This document shows, piece after piece, positions 29,190-38,649 of a stretch of DNA of 47,927 nucleotides. Position numbers and translations under genes: made by a program. Origin of the DNA: a virus (lineage: Duplodnaviria; Caudoviricetes). The stretch is taken from the IMG/VR virus record IMGVR_UViG_3300032272_000022, positions 1-47,927 of that record; one strand, written 5' to 3'. The first letter of the stretch is position 1. Each line of letters begins with the position of its first letter. A model generated the notes under the pieces. It did not search any database, was not told where the DNA came from, and saw only the letters and a list, made by a program, of their open reading frames with translations.

Positions 29190-29648
29190 TCATCGCGGCA
29201 CCTTGTCGAGCATCGCTTTGCCCTGCTCTTCCAACACCCTCGACAACGCGAGCAACTTTGGCCCCATAGCGGCGCAATCGCGGTGACACCAGACACCATC
29301 GACCAGACGTTCGGTAATTTCACTGACGGCTTGCGACAGCCTCGCAGCAGAAGCCAAAGCGTTGACTGAGTCAGCGCTCTCTACCCAATCGACGCCACCC
29401 ATCCCGATAATCGCCAAAAGTTCGCTGGCGAAATCAGTCCCGAAAAACAAACAAAGCTTAAATATCTTATCCACCTGCGGCATGTTGTTGCCTTCCGCGT
29501 AGGTTTTTAAGGTCTTCACCAAAATACCTGTGCCATCTTGCAAATCGCTATAAGAAACCTTGTCCTTGCCGACACCAACCCGTCTAATAAAAGCCAGGCG
29601 AAACGCCGCCACCGTGACATCGTGTGTAATTGAATCAGGGTCGATCAT
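29190..29648 (-). CDS. CII-position HTH regulator
   Basis: HTH-like segment; lies between cro and the replication gene. Confidence 0.6.
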   Translation of the reverse strand: MIDPDSITHDVTVAAFRLAFIRRVGVGKDKVSYSDLQDGTGILVKTLKTYAEGNNMPQVDKIFKLCLFFGTDFASELLAIIGMGGVDWVESADSVNALASAARLSQAVSEITERLVDGVWCHRDCAAMGPKLLALSRVLEEQGKAMLDKVPR

Positions 29649-29719
29649 CGGAACACTCCAATAGCTGAGTTGGGAAAAGTAGGGTTATTAATGGGAAATT
29701 GACCATTTTATTAATGGGC

Positions 29720-29971
29720 TTATGCGGTTAGTTTTAGGGGATGAGTATTGCTATCCCCACCGTCAATAATTTCAGGCAAACAATTGCCAAAGCGTTTCAG
29801 CGACATGCGCCACAAACGCCAGGCTTGCAATGGCGGGATAAAATCACGATTACTCGACACCCATTCGTTTACCGACGACTTGCCAACACTGAGAATTCGA
29901 CTCAATTTGGCCTGTGAACCGGCAAAAGCAATGGCCTCAGAAACTGGAATAAGGGGATCAATATTATGCAT
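29720..29971 (-). CDS. Cro-like repressor
   Basis: GSQAKLSRILSVGKSSVNEW helix-turn-helix; divergent from cI. Confidence 0.8.
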   Translation of the reverse strand: MHNIDPLIPVSEAIAFAGSQAKLSRILSVGKSSVNEWVSSNRDFIPPLQAWRLWRMSLKRFGNCLPEIIDGGDSNTHPLKLTA

Positions 29972-29978
29972 AGCCCGA

Positions 29979-30007
29979 AAGTTAGGACTAACGAACTTAA
30001 AAGTCAA
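29979..30007 (-). promoter_or_regulatory. Early lytic promoter (pR-like) with overlapping operator
   Basis: TTGACT-N17-TAACTT containing GTTCGTTAGTCCTAAC; nearly identical to 35653-35681. Confidence 0.75.
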
Positions 30008-30040
30008 CCCTTACGAACCTTTTATATGCAAAATGTAAGG

Positions 30041-30535
30041 ATGGCCGTACTGTCTGAACGATTGAAAATAGCAATGTCTGAAACTTCCCCGCCGATGAGA
30101 GGCGCGGATTTGTGCAGAGCAATAAAAATATCAAAAGCAACGATGTCAGATTGGCTATCAGGCAAGACCAAATACATCAGAGGCGAAAACCTGGTCAAAG
30201 CAGCAAAAGCGCTTAACGTAACGCCGGAATGGCTCGCTAATGGCACACTACCCATGCGCCCCAACTATCAAAAAACTCTACCCTATGCCGTTTACCAGGT
30301 TTCAGAAAACAAAGACCCAGTCCACATCGAGACAAAATCAATCCCCGCCGAAGCATTCCTTCGAGTACGTCACATTATTGACAACGGCATAGGCGCGGAA
30401 CGCTTCAATAACTGGACAGAAGAAGAACAAAAGCATATCGTCAACTTGTTACAAACAATATTGCTCGATAAGGAATCGAAAGACCTTAGCGACGACTTTA
30501 TTTTAAAAATGGTGCATTTAAATGAACAAGGATGA
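30041..30535 (+). CDS. CI-like XRE repressor with no recognisable S24 peptidase domain
   Basis: LSERLK…ISKATMSDWLSG…LNVTPEWLANG helix-turn-helix; start at 30026 or 30041. Confidence 0.85.
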   Translation: MAVLSERLKIAMSETSPPMRGADLCRAIKISKATMSDWLSGKTKYIRGENLVKAAKALNVTPEWLANGTLPMRPNYQKTLPYAVYQVSENKDPVHIETKSIPAEAFLRVRHIIDNGIGAERFNNWTEEEQKHIVNLLQTILLDKESKDLSDDFILKMVHLNEQG

Positions 30536-30902
30536 AAAACTCATACAACTTCTGCAAGACACAGTCAAAACAGCGGTAGAAAAACAACAAAAGCCAGTCT
30601 CAAAGCCCTTTATACCAACCTACCAAATCATAGTGCTAACCATAAGCGCACTGATATTGGGCCCCATGACGATACTTTACAACCTGGACAACCGAGCGCT
30701 TAGATCACAAATCACCGAATTAAAAACTAACACCAACGAGCAGCAATTATTACCCAGCACACCACGGTTTAACTTTGCCGAATACCAAATCATAGGCGCG
30801 ACCACTAGAGTCAATCAAAGCATTGGCGAACTACCGCCATTCGACTGCCAGGGACTTTATAACGATGTGGATGGCTTCGAGATCTGCTCGTTCGGGATTT
30901 AG
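30522..30902 (+). CDS. Hypothetical single-TM protein co-transcribed with cI
   Basis: Overlaps the cI stop; one hydrophobic helix. Confidence 0.6.
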   Translation: MNKDEKLIQLLQDTVKTAVEKQQKPVSKPFIPTYQIIVLTISALILGPMTILYNLDNRALRSQITELKTNTNEQQLLPSTPRFNFAEYQIIGATTRVNQSIGELPPFDCQGLYNDVDGFEICSFGI

Positions 30903-30923
30903 TTTTCTGACAAGGACGCATAA

Positions 30924-31856
30924 ATGAACAAAACCCTGACCAGCCTGCTTCTCTTAGGCAGCCTAATTTCAGCATCAGCCAACGCCGAAGGGTTCAAAGT
31001 AGATGCTTCATACATGGACACCATCAAACACTTTGATATCCTCACTATTGGCAGTCTGGCCGTAGGTGAGACCGGTTTGCTATCAAAATATGACCTTGGT
31101 ACCTGCGTCGATAAACGCAACCTGATGATAGCCTCTTCCGCTATACTCGAGAATTCACCAGATGATTACTTGGTGATTTACAACGTCACCAGAAAGCCCG
31201 GCGATAAAATCACTATTACACTATCCGATAAAGGCAAAAAGCCAAAGATTAAAGACGTGCAAGATGCAATTACGTGGGTATCGCGATCATCACTATGTGA
31301 CGACTACAAAAAATTGGGCGTCCCACTCTTATCGGTCGATGAATTCCTTGGCGCTAAATCATTAAAGCAACTTCTGTCCAACCAAAACACAAACCCGGTA
31401 AAAACCAAAACCCCAAAAACAGCAAACACCGACTTATCAAAAAATTTAGGGCTGCTTAACGAATGGATTACCCGCGAATCAAAATCCCCGATAGACGACA
31501 GCCCTAGAGTCTTCATGACATTAAAAGCAGAATACACTAAGCAGGAACTCACACTGCGTTGCCAGGAGAACAAAACAGAGGCTTATGTCGTCGCCAATGA
31601 ATATTTGGGCAGCAAAAGAAATACAGCCACAGTTCGCTACGGCAACAACAAAGCGAAGGATGAAAAATTCTCTGTTTCAACAGATAAAAAGGCCCTTTTT
31701 TTCAGCAAAGCCATTCCCACTATAAAAACAATGATGAAGCACGAAAGCATGATATTCCGTTACACGGTTTATGATGGTAGTAGCCGTACCGTCACTTTTT
31801 TACTAGGCGATTTAAAAAATCAAATTCAACCGTTAAGGGCGGCTTGCAATTGGTGA
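30924..31856 (+). CDS. Secreted protein with C-terminal VasI/TagO-like domain
   Basis: Signal peptide ASANA; W…SPIDDS…LTLRCQENKTE…STDKKALF…PLRAACNW. Confidence 0.7.
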   Translation: MNKTLTSLLLLGSLISASANAEGFKVDASYMDTIKHFDILTIGSLAVGETGLLSKYDLGTCVDKRNLMIASSAILENSPDDYLVIYNVTRKPGDKITITLSDKGKKPKIKDVQDAITWVSRSSLCDDYKKLGVPLLSVDEFLGAKSLKQLLSNQNTNPVKTKTPKTANTDLSKNLGLLNEWITRESKSPIDDSPRVFMTLKAEYTKQELTLRCQENKTEAYVVANEYLGSKRNTATVRYGNNKAKDEKFSVSTDKKALFFSKAIPTIKTMMKHESMIFRYTVYDGSSRTVTFLLGDLKNQIQPLRAACNW

Positions 31857-32031
31857 GTAGATACCAATCCTGAATAGCAGACGTTGAGATTTGCTTTGGT
31901 TAAGCCCGTTTTCGGCACTGAGCAGACGTTGATATGGCTACTCTTACGTGAGAATATCATGCGGAAATCTTGCTACATAAGTCAATATTGTGTGTGGTAA
32001 ATAACATGTGTTAGCGCGTTGGAGTAGACGA

Positions 32032-32658
32032 ATGGAATTGAGTGAAGTCATAAATCAAGTACTAGCCATCGCCGGCGGAACGTCTGTTGTTATAGTTTCT
32101 TTGGCTGCATTCCTCGGAAAACTCTGGATTGCTAGAGTGCTGGGCAGAGAGAAATTAAAGCACGATATGAAACTCCAAGGCATCCAGGCGCAATTGGATG
32201 CAACTAACCAAAATCTTAAGGCCGAATTGGATAAGGGTCTTCACATCCACAAAGTCCAATTCGATAAAGAATTTGAAATTTATGAGGAGCTTTGGTCAAA
32301 GCTAATTGAGCTCCGAAAAGCGGCACTTTCTTTAAGACCTGAGTTAGATTATATAAATCCAAGCGAATCAGATGAAGAACGAAAAATAAAGCGATTAAAG
32401 AGGTTTGTAGATTCGATAAATGAGTTTACCGATCTGACAGACAAAAATCGTCCGTTCTATTCAGAAATCGTTTTCGAGAGCATGAACAAACTCTGGAAAC
32501 TGGCCCATTCAGAATCAGTTTGGTATAAGCGTCAAGATCCTTATTCCAATGAATATTGGGAAACTGCACAAAAAAACCGAGACGAAATTCTTTCCGAAAT
32601 TGAAAAATGCTGCGAAATCATACGACAGCGAATCGGATCGATAAGAGTATCAGGCTAA
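32032..32658 (+). CDS. Hypothetical TM + coiled-coil protein (cassette-like)
   Basis: GGAG RBS before ATG 32032; preceded by GTTAGCG at 32010. Confidence 0.8.
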   Translation: MELSEVINQVLAIAGGTSVVIVSLAAFLGKLWIARVLGREKLKHDMKLQGIQAQLDATNQNLKAELDKGLHIHKVQFDKEFEIYEELWSKLIELRKAALSLRPELDYINPSESDEERKIKRLKRFVDSINEFTDLTDKNRPFYSEIVFESMNKLWKLAHSESVWYKRQDPYSNEYWETAQKNRDEILSEIEKCCEIIRQRIGSIRVSG

Positions 32659-32852
32659 AACAGGGCCATTAGCGAATGACTATAAAGTGCACAAAGCCGC
32701 TATTCGAACAGATTTTGCGAACGGCTCAAAACGGCACATTGCGGACGTTGGCATATTAGACATTGAGCAAGAAGATCATGAGAAAAAGTTGTAACATAAG
32801 TTAATATTCGTGTTTATCATATAATCAAGTTGTTAGTTGCTAAGGAATTTCA

Positions 32853-33713
32853 GTGCCAACCGTCATAGATGCTTCTGGAAAAAAACTAGATTCAGAATGT
32901 AACCTTAAAGAAATATCTGGCTACGCTGGGTTAGTTCTTGAGTCTATGGGAGGTGGAAGAAATAAGAAATATAACGAAGCTTTTGAACTTGTCCTACAAA
33001 GACTAATCGAGTTTGGTGTCCCGTTTATCCAAGTTTTTGTTGTTTCAACAAACCTAACGAAATTTTATCCTGATATAGAAAATAGGGCCTTATCAGTTAA
33101 TGGTGATAGGTATATAAAAATTGGACTGGAAACAGTAAGAGAAACACGATTAGCCATTGGTCGAGAACAATTAAATCTAAAAGAAGATCAAAGTAAAATT
33201 GGTGGAAACGCAACGAAGAGAATACTCATTCACAATGAAAATATAAGCTTTGACCTTTGGCGAGATATTTATCAAGGAAAAATCGACAGTAAAGGTTTTC
33301 ACGATTTAGTTAGTGAACCGACAAGTAACTACTTCGTATTAGAGAAAAAAGTAAACTCATTAATTAAAACAGAAATAAGTAAGCCTAGAGGGTATTACGA
33401 GCCGAATAAGAAAATGCAACAGGTGCTGGCTTATGAAAGAGACCCACAGGTAAAGGCTTGGGTATTAAAACAATCAAATGGTGTGTGTGAGGCTTGTGAT
33501 TTGCCAGCACCGTTCATAAAGTCAAATGGCGAACCATACTTAGAAGTTCATCACGTTTTACCTTTAGCAGAAGGTGGTAGCGACACAGTAAATAATACAG
33601 TTTCTGTTTGCCCAAACTGTCACAGGATGCTTCACTATAGTCACGATAAAATAACATTACGGAAAGTTGTTGTTGCAAAGATTACAAGGCTTACTAATGA
33701 AAAAAGCAACTAA
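32853..33713 (+). CDS. HNH endonuclease (McrA-like C-terminus), candidate defence protein
   Basis: YERDP…CEAC…YLEVHHVLPLAEGGSD…N…CPNCHR. Confidence 0.9.
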   Translation: MPTVIDASGKKLDSECNLKEISGYAGLVLESMGGGRNKKYNEAFELVLQRLIEFGVPFIQVFVVSTNLTKFYPDIENRALSVNGDRYIKIGLETVRETRLAIGREQLNLKEDQSKIGGNATKRILIHNENISFDLWRDIYQGKIDSKGFHDLVSEPTSNYFVLEKKVNSLIKTEISKPRGYYEPNKKMQQVLAYERDPQVKAWVLKQSNGVCEACDLPAPFIKSNGEPYLEVHHVLPLAEGGSDTVNNTVSVCPNCHRMLHYSHDKITLRKVVVAKITRLTNEKSN

Positions 33714-33751
33714 CAAGGTGTTCAATGCGATGGCTTTCAGCCGCGCGTTAA
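33705..33751 (+). repeat. Truncated attC site of the HNH cassette
   Basis: AACTAAC-AAGGT-GTT[C]AATGCG[A]TGGC…GCCGCGCGTTAA; R' end is missing and replaced by a palindrome. Confidence 0.7.
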
Positions 33752-33963
33752 TGACCGGTAAGGGCACTAACCGGCTATTCAGAAATTTGATTTGAAGGTC
33801 GGCAAACGGCACATTGCGGTCATTGAGTAAACTATCCTTTCGTGAGAATATTTTGCGAAAATCTTGTAACATAAGTCAATATTTTTGCGTGCCATATAAG
33901 TCAGTATTCATGTGTGTCGCATAATCAAGCTGCCAATAGCAATCTAAGGTTGAAGTTTTATTT

Positions 33964-34860
33964 ATGGAAGCTATATTCAAATTTATCTATGAGTTTCAGA
34001 ATGAGAATTTATACGCTCTGCTAAACTCACAATTTTTTTCTACTATCTTGGGAGCCTTAGGAGGAGCATTCGCAGGCGCGTTTGCCGCACACAAAATTGC
34101 TTTAAATACAAAGAAAAGAGAAGAAATAGAAAAAGAAATTAGGGCTGTAAATGTAGCGATTTCATCAGCTTTTCTTATTTGTAACTCAATACTTAGCTTA
34201 AAGAATCAGCATTTAGAACAACTTTACAAAGGTTATATGGGGGGTCGAAAGGTTTTTGAGAATGCTTTGAAGAGTACACCGGATGTGGCCCTACAATTCG
34301 ATATGGACCTAAGGACTCTTGATATGCCTCACATTCCAATTGAGCTTCTTGAAATGAATGGCTATGAAAAAATAACTCTTAGAGGACGCCCTCTAGCACT
34401 CATTTCTACTCTTTCTACCTCGATTGATACAATGCGTTCTAGCCTAAATCGTCGAAACAAGGTCATAGAAAATTTCAAAAGCTTATTGCCAACTATTTCT
34501 CAAAAGGAAAAGCTTGATTACTACTTTGGTTTTCCGTTGACTGATGGAAGTGTAGATCAAGAATACCTGGATACTACGGAAGGTTTATATCAATATGCAG
34601 ATGATGTGATTTTCTTCAGTTCATTACTTTGTGAAGATTTAAGAAAGCATGGAAATAAGCTTAGGAATATCTATAAAAAACTACACGGTAAGAAAATTGA
34701 CAAAATTTCAGGTTTTCACTTTGACACGCCTCAGGCAAAAGCTATCTGGCCAAATCAAGATAATTATAAAGACTGGTTAAAGATGTTTTTTGAACAAGAA
34801 AAAAAGAAAAGTTGGTATGAACGTATTTTTGCTACTAAAAAGGAAAATCCACATGGATAG
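33964..34860 (+). CDS. Hypothetical N-terminal TM protein (cassette-like)
   Basis: 298 aa, AT-rich, GALGGAFAGAFAA TM segment. Confidence 0.8.
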   Translation: MEAIFKFIYEFQNENLYALLNSQFFSTILGALGGAFAGAFAAHKIALNTKKREEIEKEIRAVNVAISSAFLICNSILSLKNQHLEQLYKGYMGGRKVFENALKSTPDVALQFDMDLRTLDMPHIPIELLEMNGYEKITLRGRPLALISTLSTSIDTMRSSLNRRNKVIENFKSLLPTISQKEKLDYYFGFPLTDGSVDQEYLDTTEGLYQYADDVIFFSSLLCEDLRKHGNKLRNIYKKLHGKKIDKISGFHFDTPQAKAIWPNQDNYKDWLKMFFEQEKKKSWYERIFATKKENPHG

Positions 34861-35034
34861 ATTTAAGCTACTCCACGATATTACGCAGCTAAAAATTGCC
34901 AGTGGTTTTCGACGTTAAAGTCCGCAAAGGGCACTTAGCAGAAGCCCGTCCCTAATAATTGAATGTCCGCTTTGGACTAAACAAATTGATCTTTTCTTTC
35001 AGCTTATTCTTGAGTATAGGCGCCCTTATTGCGC

Positions 35035-35520
35035 CTACTTCCTACGAAACTCCCAAGGTGGGATAGCAGGCGCAGCCCAAAGCCCTATTGTCTTGGCCCT
35101 GGCCTCGTTCTCTGCGGAATCGTATAAAACCCTGTCTAACCTGGACTGATCTTTTTGGTAGTGCTTATAGTGCCAAGCATAGCCCTGTTTGACCTGTAGC
35201 AGATTGATATCCCGACCATCCATTATCAGCTTACCGATGATTCGGCTGTATCGATCGCGCTTACTGTATTCAACCTCAACATTCTTACTAGCCACTAAGC
35301 CAGATAGGTTTTGTTTAGATTTCTGACCGAATGCCTGCTTCTTCTCGGGTGCGTCGATCCCGCCTAGCCTAATTTTATGCTTTGTCTTTGTTTGATCGAG
35401 GACATGGACGGTATCCCCATCGGTAACTTTGACAACCCTACAAGGGCAATCTAAAAAGTCTGCACCCGCATTGAAAGGCTGCAAGCCGAAAAAGAGTAAT
35501 AAAACGCATGATAGTCGCAT
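35035..35520 (-). CDS. Thermonuclease (SNase) family secreted nuclease
   Basis: DGDT, IRLGGIDAPE, DRYSR and PPWEFR motifs; signal peptide; start approximate. Confidence 0.92.
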   Translation of the reverse strand: MRLSCVLLLFFGLQPFNAGADFLDCPCRVVKVTDGDTVHVLDQTKTKHKIRLGGIDAPEKKQAFGQKSKQNLSGLVASKNVEVEYSKRDRYSRIIGKLIMDGRDINLLQVKQGYAWHYKHYQKDQSRLDRVLYDSAENEARAKTIGLWAAPAIPPWEFRRK

Positions 35521-35652
35521 TTGTAAAAACCAAATCAAAAGGGCAAATATAGTATTGCACAAACTACCGAAATCCCTATCCGTTTCTCAAGAAACCAAAC
35601 CCTTCTTTTTGCCTTCATCCCACCCCCCCTATAAAAATAATTTCAAAAACAT

Positions 35653-35722
35653 TTGACTTATTAGTTCGGTAGTCCTAATCTTTTCGCCATTCCGAACCGT
35701 GGATAATTAGACAGGCCGAACT
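35653..35722 (+). promoter_or_regulatory. Early promoter (pL-like) with operators
   Basis: TTGACT-N17-TAATCT with GTTCGGTAGTCCTAAT; further CCGAAC half-sites ending at about 35697 and 35722. Confidence 0.75.
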
Positions 35723-35724
35723 TT

Positions 35725-35997
35725 ATGAACCCGAAAAAACCAACAACCCCGTTTCTCAAGAAACCAATCATCATCACAGTAGCCGACCAAATCCGCGCCA
35801 GCCATCACAGCACCATCACCAGCACCGATGCCGAGCGCAACAAGCGCCAGAAAGCTAACAACATGGATCGCTTTGCACGCTACAACGCCAGGCGCATCGC
35901 GGCGGGACTGATGCCCTTTAACTACACCGAGCAATCCAACCGGATTTATGGCACGCCAGCGGCAGTGCAAAAACCCAAACTGACACTGGTCGCGTGA
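35725..35997 (+). CDS. Hypothetical early protein
   Basis: First ORF after the pL-like promoter. Confidence 0.55.
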   Translation: MNPKKPTTPFLKKPIIITVADQIRASHHSTITSTDAERNKRQKANNMDRFARYNARRIAAGLMPFNYTEQSNRIYGTPAAVQKPKLTLVA

Positions 35998-36206
35998 TCA
36001 TGACGAGCCTCGTCCCTAAAACCGAATTCGGCGCAGCCCAGATGCAGGCAAAATTTTACAGAGACTCGCTCGCGGATCTAAAGAACCGACTCGAAAAGGG
36101 CATATTTAAAAATCCAGAATGCCGTCATCGTTGCCAGAAAACAATCGACAACATCCGCGACCGACTGCTCGAAACCGAAGCCAAACTAATCAGCAACCGG
36201 AGATAG
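35994..36206 (+). CDS. Hypothetical early protein
   Basis: Coupled small ORF. Confidence 0.55.
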   Translation: MIMTSLVPKTEFGAAQMQAKFYRDSLADLKNRLEKGIFKNPECRHRCQKTIDNIRDRLLETEAKLISNRR

Positions 36207-36208
36207 AC

Positions 36209-36385
36209 ATGTACTCATCCCCCAATCAACCCGAAAGCCTGACTAACATTCAAGTCCGCGACGAAATCAGCGCACTGCATGCAGCCGGTTATTGCCATGA
36301 CGGCGACGGCAACTGGTCAGCACCCGACAGCAACGCCTTTTACCCGCGCGAAGAAGCTTACCAACAATTGATGGAGTGGGGTTAG
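36209..36385 (+). CDS. Hypothetical early protein
   Basis: GGAGA RBS before MYSSPNQ. Confidence 0.5.
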   Translation: MYSSPNQPESLTNIQVRDEISALHAAGYCHDGDGNWSAPDSNAFYPREEAYQQLMEWG

Positions 36386-36387
36386 GT

Positions 36388-36570
36388 ATGGCCAAAACCA
36401 ACACAACAACTATCGGCGGACTGACCTACAAAATCGGTGTGCACGGCAAAGCCTTTTATCAAAGCGATGGCGAATGGCGGCTGTCAGCCAGAAACAACGA
36501 CAAAGCATTTATGAAAATACTCACCGGCAATCAACCCAAAAAGACAAAAAAGCAGGCGGTAGCAGCATGA
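36388..36570 (+). CDS. Hypothetical early protein
   Basis: MAKTNTT…; ATGA overlap with the next gene. Confidence 0.55.
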   Translation: MAKTNTTTIGGLTYKIGVHGKAFYQSDGEWRLSARNNDKAFMKILTGNQPKKTKKQAVAA

Positions 36571-37106
36571 TCGAAAAACTACTCTACAAAATCGCTGGCA
36601 ACCTGCCAATGCGCCTGATCAAAATCAACAACAAGCCGTATTTAGAGCGCCACTACATCGGCAAGTTTCTCGGCATCAGCTTTTACCTGCATCGTTTTAT
36701 ATCCGACGACAGTGAACGACACTTGCACAATCATCCCTGGGCGCACTCACTCGCCATCGTGCTCGCGGGCGGCTACACCGAAGAACGCATGCACTACCTC
36801 GACGTCAAACGCGGCCCGGTCAACAAACTGATATCGCGCTACTGGCGACCGATCAACTACATCAGCGGTGCTGCTTTTCATCGGATCACCAACCCAAAGC
36901 CCGAGACCTGGACTCTGTTTATGCATAGCAAAGTCCGCCAGAACTGGGGTTTTATTGAACATATAGGGGACGCCACCGACCTGCATAGAAGCGTCACCCT
37001 GTTTCACCAGCCTTTGAATGTGGATGAAAATAGAGACTGGGCCTCGAAGGTTGCGCCCGCCTCGCTTAATAGTGAACGGACGCCGTTTGGAGGCCAACAA
37101 AAATGA
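36567..37106 (+). CDS. Cupin-like phage protein
   Basis: YLHRF…LHNHPW…GGYTE…FHRI…WTLF metal-binding pattern. Confidence 0.65.
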   Translation: MIEKLLYKIAGNLPMRLIKINNKPYLERHYIGKFLGISFYLHRFISDDSERHLHNHPWAHSLAIVLAGGYTEERMHYLDVKRGPVNKLISRYWRPINYISGAAFHRITNPKPETWTLFMHSKVRQNWGFIEHIGDATDLHRSVTLFHQPLNVDENRDWASKVAPASLNSERTPFGGQQK

Positions 37107-38647
37107 ACGCCATCCCCAACCAACCAGAAATGGAAGTAATCACCCACCTACCCCTGGCCAAAATCCAGCCCGACCCAAACCAGCCACGCCGGTTATTCGA
37201 CGCCGACGAACTCGCACAGTTCGCCCAGTTCATCCGCGCCGATGGTTTAATTCCGCCGATCCTGGTACGCCATGTTGATGATGATCAGCACCTCATCATC
37301 CACGGTGAGCGTCGCTATCGTGCTAGCAAAATGGCAGGTAGAGAGACCATCCCCGCGATAATCGACATTCGCCAACAAGGCCCGATCGACCGGTTAATCG
37401 AACAGGTTGCCGACAACCTGCAAAGCGAGCTCAAACCGATGGAGATCGCGCAGTTTTATGAAGACCTGAACAGCATCCACAATGTCCGCAATGCCGACAT
37501 TCCCAAACTGTTGAAAGCGCGCGGACTCAAAGAACCCAGTCGCGAGCAGGTTAGCGCATACCGTCGATTGCTCAAGCTACCCAAATGGGCGCAAGACTTA
37601 ATCAACGCGGGCACCCTCACCCCAAGCCATGGCAAATATATTCTCAGTGCCCACGGACTGGATGACGTCATGGCCGACATCCGTACTGATGTCGAAATGG
37701 ATCTTGTTGCCGAAGGCCGAGCGCCCACAGTCATCGACCTGGAAGACACAATCTCCCAGGCATTTAACAATCACTATATCGACATACACTACCCATCGAA
37801 CCAGGAGCCTCGCTACTTCGACCCGGCAACCTGCAAAGACTGCAAAACCTGCAAAAAACTCACCACCCGAAACAATGGCGAAGAAGTTTTTTGTCTGAAT
37901 GACGATTGTTTTGAGCAAAAGCAAACAGTAGCCAAAGCACAGCGCGAAGCGGGATGGGATATCAAAGAGCCCAAAAAAGCACCATCGCCCACATCACCAG
38001 AAGCCGACAACCCCGAAAGCTACGAAGGCCACGACGCTGTTGAGTCCGAGCAACAACCAGAACCAAAAGCAACGTCATTGCAAGCCGAAGCGCTGGCAGC
38101 GGGCAGAGTCGAAAAAACACAGCAATATCTCGATAACTGGCTCAGGTATCAGCTAGCGCGGCACCTGGCCGAAGACCAGGAAAGCATCTTTGCCATACTG
38201 CTATGGGCAGCAGCTGGCGCACCTGGCAACGCCAACGGCTACATGACTGGCGGCGGACTCTCACACCCTGATATCAGCCATCAGGATGGTTACAAACATG
38301 GCATTAATCTCACGCTAAAAAAACACATCGATCACGGTGAGCTATCACTCGAAATCGTCAACAAAGCACTGGCCAGCATGACCCGAATTAACCTGCGACG
38401 GCTGGCACACCATTGTGAGATAAAACTCGAAGGTAACTACAAAATAGACCTCGACTATTTCCGGTTAAAAACCAAAGACGAGCTGATCAACGCAACACCA
38501 ACGTCAGTGCGCGACAACTGGATGGACGCCGACGCCTGGCGAACATTCTGCAAACAGCCCTTGCCAAAATTGCAGGAACAAATATTCGTCCACGCCGATG
38601 ATTGGGGTGTGCCAGACGACCTGCTTGAATATTACGAGGCGCAATAA
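37103..38647 (+). CDS. ParB/Spo0J-like protein
   Basis: PDPNQPRR…LIPPILVR…IIHGERRYRA; downstream HTH and Cys cluster. Confidence 0.9.
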   Translation: MNAIPNQPEMEVITHLPLAKIQPDPNQPRRLFDADELAQFAQFIRADGLIPPILVRHVDDDQHLIIHGERRYRASKMAGRETIPAIIDIRQQGPIDRLIEQVADNLQSELKPMEIAQFYEDLNSIHNVRNADIPKLLKARGLKEPSREQVSAYRRLLKLPKWAQDLINAGTLTPSHGKYILSAHGLDDVMADIRTDVEMDLVAEGRAPTVIDLEDTISQAFNNHYIDIHYPSNQEPRYFDPATCKDCKTCKKLTTRNNGEEVFCLNDDCFEQKQTVAKAQREAGWDIKEPKKAPSPTSPEADNPESYEGHDAVESEQQPEPKATSLQAEALAAGRVEKTQQYLDNWLRYQLARHLAEDQESIFAILLWAAAGAPGNANGYMTGGGLSHPDISHQDGYKHGINLTLKKHIDHGELSLEIVNKALASMTRINLRRLAHHCEIKLEGNYKIDLDYFRLKTKDELINATPTSVRDNWMDADAWRTFCKQPLPKLQEQIFVHADDWGVPDDLLEYYEAQ

Positions 38648-38649
38648 TC

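Larger units (their letters stand above)
31870..34985 (+). mobile_element. AT-rich accessory island of three repeat-delimited gene modules
   Basis: Recurrent ~30-bp GGCAC-centred palindromes and a conserved block ahead of each gene. Confidence 0.7.

Noticed and set aside
33863-33893. Chromosomal dif site
   Set aside because: Only the XerD-like arm matches well, the spacer would be 8 bp, and the motif recurs three times within the island
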